Shown piece after piece: positions 1-11,668 of a DNA stretch of 64,000 bases. Source of the DNA: Magallana gigas (lineage: Eukaryota); NCBI RefSeq assembly GCF_963853765.1, contig NC_088855.1, forward strand, positions 9,610,001 through 9,674,000, in the 5' to 3' direction. Positions within the stretch are counted from its first letter, which is position 1; each line of letters opens with the position of its first letter. The notes below the pieces were generated by a model. The model saw only the letters and a list, made by a program, of their open reading frames with translations. It did no database searches and was not told the DNA's origin. Both the position numbers and the translations under genes were made by a program.

Positions 1-774
1 CTACCGGCAAGGCGTGTGTGAATAGAAAATTCGGACTAGTTGCACATTCATTCAACGGATTTTTTTGGCGTCAGTAAATCGGACCAGTAATGCATCGTTT
101 TAATCGTCCCAGTAGTTCCCTGTAATCATGGCAATTTTTATCACTTCACACTCTCACGAGAATCAGCAAGACAAATTTAGACAGTAAAAACAATAACGAT
201 GTAAGCGACATACAGTCAATGTTACCTCTAAAGTTCATCTCAGTACACTTTCAATCAAAAATAATCGTGTGACGTCACAAACGTTTACACATTGATCCGA
301 TATATTTTTTCGGAGTCAGTAAATTTTGACCCACAATTCATAGTACCAATGGTTTCCAACCTCACGTTCCAACATCACGTTCTCCCGAGAATCAAAGTAA
401 AACCTTTGAAAAGCTTATAAGATGTGTAATTTTAAGAACATCATGCTTTTTAAGTAAATAAAACAGTATACTTCGCATACTTTTATTTCTCAGGGGAGTT
501 TTAAAGAGTAAGACGACACTTAACCAACGTCAGCTTTGACGTCACAATAAGCACTGATAAGGGGAAATTACTCTAATTGAAGTTATTGTAAATCTGCTGA
601 AATGACCAAAATCCTCTTAAAATCTTGCAAAGGCTAAGATAAAGAACAGCTGACGAATAAGGACATTTCTTCAGATACAGGAAACAGTTGTAAATTGCAC
701 TAATTTGGATGAATGCTCACAAATATTTTATTCACTAGGCCTATAATTACGGTAATTTCCTGAAACGTAACGTT

Positions 775-1190
775 ATACGTAGCTGCGCCTTTTTTTAAAG
801 GGGGTGGGTGGGTGGATGGCAGCCTCATCTAAAAAATCTTTGCAAGCAAAAAGAAAAATAAATCATGAAAATTCTAATCCTTCAGCTCTTTAGCAGTTCA
901 ATGGTTTCTTTATTTTCACTTCCATTTATTACATGCGGGGGGAGGGGGGGGGGGGGGGACAACACCATGTTCTTTTAACATGATAAGCAAATATTTTTAA
1001 GCGTAAATTAAAAATAAAATTAAACATTAATTATTTTTTTTTAAGTGGAGGGGCAAATCCATGGTAAGTCGATTTTCTATGTATAAATTGACAAAAATGA
1101 AAAAAATGTTAGCATGGGGGGAGCTCTATGATGAGTCAAGTTTTATATGTAAGTTTAAGAAAAAATGTCTACTGCAAAAAATGGGGAAAT
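775..1190. repeat. G-rich dispersed repeat fragment, probably a degraded non-autonomous element
   Basis: Alternating G-runs (789-808, 937-958) and A/T-runs, resembling the G-tract element at 39472-39808. Termini not resolved. Confidence 0.3.
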
Positions 1191-2714
1191 CAATCAATCA
1201 ATCATAATCACAATCACTTTAAAAGAGGAGATGCAGTGCAATGAATATTTATATATTAAAATCTTTATTATTTAACAACATTGTATCTGAGATTAAACTA
1301 TTGTTCTACATATAAATAAATAAATTATAACAAATCTTATAAACTATGAATAATGAAAATTTACTGAAAATAGGTATGTTTTATTTTTTGGCATTCAAAT
1401 TTCACGTCGTTAATTTTATTTTATTAATTTATTATAATTCATTGTTTGATCACATGCTGTGCTCGCCCCAACGGTCGCACCGTAAAACATATATAGATAT
1501 TCTAAATAAAATTTGCATGACCATTGATATCACTAAATGCAACATGTTGGAAACGTTAAAAGTTGCTTTTCATGTCAGAATATTAAAGGTCCCCGAAGAG
1601 AGCAATTAAAAGAAATCTCATGGGCATCAAAAACCCTGGTACAAATTTTCACTTCACATGAATTTACAATCACAAATTTTTTAGAGTTGTACTCTACAGA
1701 AATTGCAGATCCAGTCCTTGATAGCAACAGGAGCTGTACTTTTACCATACCAGTTACAAACAATGCTTTGTCCTTTGACTATTCATACAATGAATGAACA
1801 CATCAGACATAGACATACATTTACTGAATGCATTTTTAATTAAGTGGACACTTGAATCTTGTATCTCATACATTTAATTGCCGTTAAAAACTTATCGATA
1901 ATACATAAAAACAACATAGTTTCTTTATAGGTACTTTTGGCTATCATAAATTAACTTCAGCCCCTATTCCTAGTAAATCAGGAAAGGAAATACTATCACT
2001 ACCATCTGTCAAAAGTTATATTTATTCACATATCCTACAATTAAATCAGCAGAAATCATGACCCCAGATTGAATGATGTCCTAAGAGTCCCATTAAGAGA
2101 CCATGGAGCTTGACTCCCGCTACAGATGATATCTACAGTCAATACTCAAGTCTGACCATCATGTGGGTCTGTAATACGGTACTGAGGGCTTTACTCTCTC
2201 TTTGATGATATTTCTGTTCAATATTCATAAATATATTCATAAATAAATTACCTACTCGTGATACTAAGTATACAAAGCCTCTCTATTTTCTCTTCTCTAT
2301 TTTCCTTCAGGAAATGATGAGATTCAGAAAGATATTCATCATCAAAGGCACAGTCTGAATTAGCCTTCATCAAATTACAATTGCTCAATTCCCTTCATTA
2401 GTATTTTTTCTTTTCATTCTACCAGCACCAACTAATTCAGCATGCCTATAGAGCTACATGTATGTCATGCACTAGCTTATATCTCTGTGCAAAGATTTGA
2501 CTGTCGAGTGTTAAAACTTAAATGTGTTGATAGATAAGTTTCCTGTTTATCGATAAAAAGATCTTTTCTACCCAAAGGATTTCATACTAATAAACTCATA
2601 GTTGCAGGTTCAATAAATATGGACCTAGAGCTGCTTACAACTATTTCAAAATGAGACAAACTTTGACAATTGAGGGCAATGATGATTTACGTGTCAAGTG
2701 AAATTTTTTATTCT

Positions 2715-2879
2715 CGAATCTGTAACATTTACTCTTCCTGAAAACTTTGATCACTCTGCATGCATAAATAATTTACAAAGTACTGGTATGTTAGAGTTTC
2801 ATTTATATTTTTGTGTGCTTAGAATTGTGAAAATCAAGAGTGTTTCCCGAATCTGAAACATTTACTCTTCCTGAAAACT
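2715..2879 (+). repeat. Local 32-bp direct duplication
   Basis: cgaatctg(t/a)aacatttactcttcctgaaaact at 2715-2746 and 2848-2879. Confidence 0.8.
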
Positions 2880-3176
2880 GTTCATTTAGTGTGTTAAAAT
2901 AAATTACTATGCATGTAAGATGCTCATATTCACTTAACTTTCTTCTGTGCTTATAAAAATACGAAAGTCTAGTCTGTTGTTATCATGTTAAACAAAGAAA
3001 ATATCAATGATCTATCACTTGTTTGGAGCTTTTAATGTCATGTTCAACAAATTTTATGAGTGCCTTCTCAACAGCACGTAAAATCTTTGTATGGTTTACT
3101 CTCCAGGTGGAGAGTTTCAATTAAAGATGATTAAGCATTACAATGATTTTACATAAAACTGTACACAGTTCCATGA

Positions 3177-3669
3177 GGCCTAACAAAAAAATAGGTTTGT
3201 TTCCGCTTTCCCGACCGACCCTAACTTAAACCCAAAATTTTTTTTCGAGTTTTTTTCGTAAATTTCCGTTTACCGGTATATCCATTTTTGTTAAAGTTTC
3301 GTTTTTATCCGATTTAAAAATTTAATGTGTCCTCTAAATTTAAGTCGTAAAAACGCTTAAAGAACTTATTTAGATGTCATCAGTGATGTGTGGATGTTTG
3401 TTATTTACAAATGGCAGCACATGTCGTTCCAGTTGAGCTTGAGAAATGTAAGATTCAGGGTGAAAGTAATTATTGTAATTTCTTGCACAGAAAAAATTAA
3501 ACAATGACAACAAATACTTGGTTTTTTTTATCTTACCCAGTTTAATAGATAAATGGTTTAATATGCACAATTGAACAGATGAAGAAAAGAAAAAAAAAAA
3601 AAAGCCGACCTATCGACCCTAATTTTTTTCAGCCTGAAAGCGGAAACAAACCTATTTTTTTGTTAGGCC
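3177..3669. mobile_element. PIF/Harbinger-like (Tourist-type) MITE, 493 bp
   Basis: Perfect 34-bp TIRs ggcctaacaaaaaaataggtttgtttccgctttc (3177-3210 and 3636-3669), flanked by a 3-bp direct repeat TGA (3174-3176, 3670-3672). No ORF. A 3-bp TNA TSD with G-starting TIRs fits the Harbinger superfamily. Confidence 0.85.
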
Positions 3670-3702
3670 TGATACAGACAAAAAGGATCAGGTTGTCATG
3701 CA

Positions 3703-3763
3703 ACCATCATCTCCTAATTTTACTTTATTCATGTAACTGCATGCATGATCACAAATGATATCT
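3703..3763 (+). repeat. 61-bp dispersed repeat, copy 1
   Basis: Identical to 46698-46758 (accatcatctcctaattttact...acaaatgatatct). Confidence 0.9.
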
Positions 3764-4034
3764 TGGCACAGTGAAATTCATTATATTGCATTACACATAT
3801 TTAATTATATAAATTTTTGTTTATTTAATTTCAGTCCACATCAAATTTTGTTATATTTTATCAAACTAATCTTTGTACTACATGTATCTAGGTTATATCA
3901 ATTATAGTAAACATAGCTAAATACTTTTTTACCCTCTACTAGTCTAAGACTGAGTGAATGCAATTCTCACCAAGTACCATTTCACACCAGGGCATTGTTA
4001 CATAATTTTTTGTACGTTTTATGTGCTGATAACA

Positions 4035-4165
4035 ATTTTCTAAATGATCTGAGAGTTTTGTATTGATATTCTCATATCAGTATTTAGGGATAAACATATT
4101 TTCTAAATGATCTGAGAGTTTTGTATTGATATTCTCATATCAGTATTTAGGGATAAACATATTTT
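4035..4165 (+). repeat. 63-bp tandem duplication (two copies)
   Basis: attttctaaatgatctgagagttttg...gggataaacat at 4035-4097 and 4098-4160, followed by a partial third start. Confidence 0.9.
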
Positions 4166-4206
4166 ATTTTCTTTTTCAGTTCAGCAACCTACTTTATAGA
4201 TTTATT

Positions 4207-4360
4207 TAAACAATAAAATGCTTTCTTTGGTGATTCATACGGGATATGAAGGTAGCGACATTGCAGGACACCCGCGTTAGCAGGTTATGTAAATTTTTCC
4301 TGCAATGATCGCTACCTTCATAACCCGCATGAATCATCAAAGAAAGCATTTTATTGTTTA
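4207..4360. repeat. Foldback palindrome, arms ~62 bp, loop ~29 bp
   Basis: 4207-4268 is the reverse complement of 4298-4360 with three substitutions and one 1-nt indel. Confidence 0.85.
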
Positions 4361-6909
4361 TATTAACATCTTTCTTTAACTAATTAATAAACTGATTGTG
4401 AAAAGTTAGTAAAATTCACTAAATTACTGTTAATGTACAAAAGTACGTTAGCTAAAAGAAACAGCCCAATCGTCTCCTGTGAGACTTTGAGTCTGGCATC
4501 GTCATGATTATTTCGTGCAGTCCAGGATATTACTAAGGTCGCTGTAGGTTCAGAGCAATCGATAAACAGGGCATGTCAATTTCAGTCATGTCACTTTCAG
4601 CCGCTGTAGATTTCGACCAATGGATAAATAGGGCGTGTAGATTTCAGTCTGGCTGTTTCTATAGAGCTATGAATTAGCTATAAGTTTCCGTAACAAATAG
4701 AGGAAATTATGCTTGGTAGATGTAAATATATACATCCAAAATTATGTAACAAGAACAATGTATGATTATTATATAATAAGTATTTGTAATGGTGAGTACC
4801 TGGTAATTTAAATGCAAGTTTTATTTTTTTAGCTTTCATCTTTAATATTTAATGACTGTCTGGTATATCATAAGTGCAGACAATTGTTACAAAACACTAG
4901 TTGATTTGACAACCCTACTTTTCAATAAGCATTTTTCAAATATACGAATGTAAATAAATACATGTATCAGCCCATCTTTTTTGTTTCTAGATTCTATAGC
5001 TGTTGCTATATCCCTGACATTTATACTAGTCCATCTGACATACTAGAGGTTCCTGTTATGACATTTTAACTAATAAAGCATAAGCAAACATGTACTACAT
5101 GTTCATACATGTACGCATACTTCTGGTACTTCAATTCAACCACATACACATATTCCACATTCTCCGAATACCTATACAAACAAATATTATGCACATCATT
5201 TGATTTGTAAGTTGCATGCTGATTAGAATAAATCAATTTCTCAAATTCCCAAGAGATCCTAATGATTTAACTGTTGATTGTACAAGATGCATTGAGAACT
5301 CAGAAATATATTAAGTTAGTGTGTATACATGACTTTACAAGCTTTTATCCATAAGCATATAATAACAATCAGCCATAACTGTTTGGTTTCTTTAAATGTG
5401 TAATATGTTGGCCATTCCATTAGTATTAAAAATTAAATGTTTTAACAAGAGCTTGGATTTTGGGCGGTTCGTGACAAACTCCGATTTGATGAAGATGAGG
5501 TAAACTCATAGTTAACTGTCAAGTCATTGGCTAATAGTATGAATATATTGAACACAACATCACTAGTCAGACTTCATCCTGAGATGTATATTTCAGATGA
5601 AACAGCATCAATTTCACACAACAGAGCAGCTCTAGGGGGAAAAACTTTCCAATGTTGACAGTCTATGAATATTAATGACCTCCTCTTAGCAAATTAGAAG
5701 AAAGGAGGTCAATATCTGACAGCTTGTTTTGATGAGCAAACTAGATAGTAACATCCCACAGAAAGTCCAAGCTCTTGATGGCTCTATATATACCATTAAA
5801 TAAGTTCATCATTTCTAGTCTATTATCCCGCCTGAATGTTTACTGTAAAACTTAATGTTTCTGGCAAAATAAGTAACTTATTGGATATAGTTTTCACAAA
5901 ACATATGTACTAGTATATCAAACACTTTTTTTTTTATACCTAGTGTTAAATTGCTATGAAGTGATTGCCTGTAGCTATCATATTTATTGGACTCCTGTTC
6001 TACAGGTATGCACAAATAATTTTATGTGAGGAGTTACATGTATCATTTAGGACTGGAATAAGGAACTTTTGCCTCTGCAGTGTAAGGGGTAAAAATAGAA
6101 ATTTATGGATATTTTCTTATCTCATTCCTATTTCATAAGACAAGTGTGAAGTTTAGGCAGAACTGGACCAAAGAGAGAGAGAGAGAAATGTACTCAAGAC
6201 ATATGCAATTAGACCTTGACCTTAGATCAACAGAATTGGTTCAAGGTCACAGTTTGGAATTGGTAAGATTTCAGACCAGATTGACTAAGGATAGAAAATA
6301 TATTCAAAACAAAGGGTTTTTTTGATCCAGATATTAATAATATTCTTCAAATGCAATAACTTGGGGTTAGCAAGTTATTCTATATAAGCCATCGGTTCGT
6401 AAGATTGAATCTCAGGAGTTCTATATAGATCTACTGAGTGATCAATCTCATACACAGTCAGTAGGCTTATAGGAAAACTTGTTTACCATATTTTTGACAA
6501 AATAATCTCTTTTTTGGGGGGCCAAATCACGTTTGGGATATTATATCGCAATTAAATGGGCTATTATTACCCATTTGGACATTTGGTGATCCCAATCAAT
6601 TCATCCAAGAAGCTCAAGCTAGTATATCATCAATTCAATATTCTATGGTTTCTATTTAGCAGCATTCTTCGACCTGACAACTTAGCAAAAGCCTTTAAAA
6701 ATGGCATCTAGAGATATTTTCCTTTGATTAAATTAATATTATGCAAAGCATTATCTGTAATGAATAATTGAGAAAACTGAGATGCATAAACATTTTGGGT
6801 CTGAACATTGTCTCAACCGAAAGTCCACCTAGTTCTCTCAGATATGGGATTAGGAGAGTACATCATGGCCATGATTCTTTTGATTGTTATTTTGCTTTCT
6901 CTTGGAAGT

Positions 6910-6939
<30 letters not shown>
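6910..6939 (+). repeat. G30 homopolymer
   Basis: 30 consecutive G. Confidence 0.9.
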
Positions 6940-6940
<1 letters not shown>

Positions 6941-9900
6941 ACATCATCGACATGAATATATACCTATTCGATCCATGAAAATTCAAACCTAAGAAAATTT
7001 GTTGTTAGATTTAAACTGGGATGAATTTTTACTTTGTTTTAAATGTACTGTCTCAATGTGGACTGGTAATGTTATAGTACACAGACTGACAGCAGAGACA
7101 TAACACAGACATATTACAGAATATAACGTTACATCCCCGACTGACAGATTTTTTTTTGGGGGGGGGGGGGTTCTTGGTTGATCATCTTTAGATTTGAATA
7201 TGATTAAGATTATGCGATATCACACAAAATACAAGTCAAATACCTTGAATATGGAAGCTTGAATTAACCGGAGTATCCTGTTATTGTTGATTGTCAATAC
7301 CCTTGTTTACAAACACACGCACGGTATGGTGTAATCAACATCCACATTATATAACAGTTACCGGAATTACAAAGAAATGACACTAAAAAATATCGAATAG
7401 TTACATTTTTCCTGTTAAGTACTTCATCTTCTCTTTCTTTCGTGTCCAGTAAAAGCCTAAATTCCAGAATAAACGGATTTTATCTCATTTTCTTGATGAA
7501 CACTCCTCACACTCGATATACACTTGGTCCTAGTTTCATCAAATTAAACTAAATACCAAACCGGATACGCTGTTGTCCACTGGAGTGAGATTCCGGATTT
7601 CATTTTGCATGCTACCGAAGTTGATTTAATTTCTGAATATAACATTTTATAAAACTATAATATTAATATCAAATCAAATATTGTCTAAAATGCAGGCAAT
7701 GCCCGTAAAGTACATTGAATTCAATCCACATAATATGTTTCCGATAGCACTTTGTGACACACTGAAAAATTAAACGATGTTCATGTAATAGTTTCTTGTC
7801 TGTGTTGTTCTTTTATTATAATCTTATAAAACTGCTATAAGACGTATGTCTTCTACAATGGAGAAATAGAGAAATTAAATTGAATTTATAAAATATAAAT
7901 ATAATATATGAAATATTATATATAATATATTGAATATAATATTCGTGAACATCAATGTCAAACCGCTTTGCGCTGCTATTAAAGAAATACAGTTCGAAGG
8001 CCAACGCTCACAGAAATATTGTGTCTATGATAATATTTTTTTCCTTTAATCCAACGTATAACTGTAAATAATGTACTTGCATCTTGAAAAGATTCAAACA
8101 AAATGTGCGCTGTTGATTTCATTTTACGCTTAATATCAAAATTAATGAGTCGACTTTTTTTTTATCTCGTTGAGCGACTTTTCGTAACATTACGACTTCT
8201 TAGAGTCACAGAGTCACTACTTTTAAAACTAAAGCAAAAATAATAACGACAAATGGTTAGTTATTCTCAGACTTCTGACTTCAAAACTCATAATAAAGAC
8301 TTTTTAGCTCGAAAGCCCACTGAGATCATATTCGGTAAACAAAAAAATATATATAATTCGTAAAGTTTTTGCGAATAACTTCATACATGTAGCTTCGCGA
8401 AACTACTACTCAAATAGACGGGAAACTTTCGTGAATTATTAAAACGCGCAAAACACAATATGAATATCGCACGGTATACATGTATGTCAAACAAAAATCC
8501 ATGTCAAGTATATTTCTTATTTTCAAATGCTGAGATAGATGTTTTTAATTTTCCTTGCTTCTTTTTGAAATTCTATTGAGATGTGCTGGTCTTTGTAATT
8601 CTTTTTTTCAATCAGACGTAGATCATTGAATCCTTTACAATATATCATATATCGATCAGAGACTTCATCATAATAGAAACTCTAACTTCTATTTTCATAG
8701 TTTCGTTATTATTTTATTCGGATACGTGAGTTGTATGGTAATTCCAAATAAAAGTTAAAAATTTGAATTATTGTCCAAATAAAGTGAATAACAACTTGTG
8801 ATTAAAAAAACAACAACTTGTGATTAAAAAAAAAATAACGTTTAGTATCGCGTTCAAGTTCCATTCAAGGATATCAGACACAACTTTTAAAGAGCGAATG
8901 CTGGGAGTATCATTAATTTTGCATTAGTGGAAATGAAGAAAATTAATATTTTATTAGATGATTTTGAAGATCTATCTTTTTTATGGAATTATCCTTCTTA
9001 TCCATAGTACGTCATATTTCTGTATGAGTAACATTTATTGACAATTTTCTCATGAATTATTCAGTCCAATTCCTACATATATCATATACCTAGTAGTGTA
9101 TCAGCCCTGATACAAATGTTTTAGACTAGGTGAGACAGCAACCGGAAGCTAGGGCTGTATCGCCCTCGGGGCTGATATTTCTCTGTCTCAGCCCGTCGTC
9201 AAGGGGGTGTATTGCCCTCAAATTTGAAATTGATAATTTCCACATATCTTTGCTTTAAAGTAAGACTAGTTTGTGAAATAACGATAGAATAACGAAAACA
9301 TAATATAAATTATCACCTTACACGTCTGAATATTTTTATTTATTACGGAAAATTGAAAAATAATAATTCAAAAATAGCGCCAAAGAGTGATGTGTATCTA
9401 AGTAAGGGGAGGTAACCTACACCGGTTGTGTATTTAGAACAATAGCACACTTTATTTAATATCAATCAACGTTTAAATTATGGAGGATATAGAGAAGGAT
9501 GGAACGAGACTTAGAAAACCAGAGATTAGACTGTAAAAATTAAGGGGTTAAAGTAATGGACGCGCTTATGAACGTTCTCAAACAACTTTCTATATAGTTG
9601 CTATAACAGTTTGGATCTTTATGAATGGAATCTGACGGGAAACTTACGAAATCCCAGTGAAAGAATTTGACTTATAACGAAGCTGCGTAGGAGGGAAGTT
9701 TCTCTCGCGATAATTTTGAATTCTAGAAGATAGTGCTTCATTTCAGACGACAGACTCCCTTCTACTGTATTTCAAATGACGATGGTTTGTCAACAAAGTC
9801 CGACAACTCTTACAGTTTTAACACATATAAAAAGAAATAAAAACGTACAAGTTTTGTAAATCCGAAAAAAATTCTATAGCTTCTTCATGATAAATTATAT

Positions 9901-9970
9901 TCCTTATTCGGAATTTAAATTTGAATTAGGCCTAAAGTCTTTGATTTTAGATAAATGATATAAACAACAA

Positions 9971-10095
9971 CACACTTTTGTTTTGATCTCGTCCCTGGTA
10001 TCAGCCCTCGGATGGTATCGGCCCGCGCCCTTCGGGCTTGGGCCGATACCAACCGCTCGGGCTGATACCAGTGCCGAGATCAAAACAAAAGTGTG
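9971..10095. repeat. GC-rich multi-segment palindrome, 125 bp
   Basis: Paired segments cacacttttgttttgatctcg/cgagatcaaaacaaaagtgtg, tggtatcagccc/gggctgatacca, ggtatcggccc/gggccgatacc and apical gccc-ttc-gggc. Confidence 0.85.
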
Positions 10096-11668
10096 ATATT
10101 CTATATGTATCTCTTACATTCAAAACGATTGTTCGACAATCATTCATATAAAATCAACAATACAGCTGTTGTTGTTTTTTTAATGATGGAATGATTTTAC
10201 AAGTCGCCTATTGCGCTTGTAGATAACAGATCAACCATTCAGTCTGTAGGTCTTCTGTACGCGCATATAACTCGGCCTAGTGTTGGCCTATTTGTTCAAG
10301 AATTGTGCTAAAACTGTGAAAAATTTATTACATGTACTTATTACGTTATCAGTTATTACAAAATCTTCCCGCCAGAGTTGTGTCTAGACCGAGGCGTAGT
10401 TTGAACACACGACAGATTGGCCAATACAAACTCGTTGACCCGGTGATTCAAACAACAGAAATAGAGAAAAATCTTTTCAAAACACTTTTCTAAAAAACCA
10501 TTGGTCTGAAGTACTAAAACGTGCATGGAAGCATCCTCATGTAGGTGTAGATTCAATATATGATCCCCAGAAGTAGGCTGAACAAATTAAACTGAATTTC
10601 AGATCTAGAGCTTTACACATATTAACGTACGTCATGCAAACCTCCACAAGCGTAGGTGACAAGGAGGATGGCCAAAGTAAGCAGATAAAATACACGTACA
10701 CCGTTATACTATGGTAGGATGATAGTTTTCAATATAATTGAAGAACTATAAAATAATTAATCTAGTTGATCATATTTGGATGACTTGTCTTCTCTGAAAT
10801 AAGTCGCCTACTCCAAGTTGTCATAATATGTTGCAATAATGTCTATAAATTTTACATTTTTACTTCATTAGAGCGGCATAATTTATATGCATTTTTTTTA
10901 GTGCAACATCATAAACCATACATGTTTTTGTTGCAAAATGATTTCGCTCTTTCAAACCTCAAAATTTAATAAACCAATTCTTGTTTTCTGATTTATTGCA
11001 AAAAACAATAAAAACAAACTGGTTGTCAGTAATCAGCTGTACACTATGATACAAGCAAATTGAAAATGTAATGGATATGTACATGTAAAAAGTAAAGCTG
11101 TACAGTATAAAAATCTTCAACAATAAATATCAATTGAACAAAACATTGCAAACTTATATACACAATTAATTGGCATTGAAATGCAACAAGATCTATGGAT
11201 GAGGTTTTTTACAAATACACATGTAATTCATGATAAAATTTCTACATTTGTGTGGAGACGATCAATACTAAGGTGCTATAACATGTATAATGTCTGTCAA
11301 AGCACTACACTAATAAAGCTAGATTTTTTCCAGATATTTCACGACTTTCTTCTATGATTCTTAGTGATGAATAAACAAGTGTTTTGTCATCTTTCACTTC
11401 ATATCTGTACAATGAAAATCATATCTTCCAAATAAAATGTGGCACTTGAAGAAAAAAAGAACACATTAGAGCATTGCACATTCAGACACTGTAAGTACAC
11501 AAAGCCTTGTTTATTGGTGGCTGTCCCTTAAATCTCACTAGGTGGGGTATCTACAAAATTTACAAATATTTGAAGAAAACGGTAACACTGCGCAGTGCTT
11601 TCATTGCTTAGTAAGCTCTGGGCCTGTTTGTAGTTTACGTATCTCAGTCACTGGAAAGTTCCCGTCGT

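Noticed and set aside
1537-2460. Short ORFs and splice-like signals, including a WICNFC-containing minus-strand frame
   Set aside because: Could not be joined into a phase-consistent gene and showed no recognisable homology.
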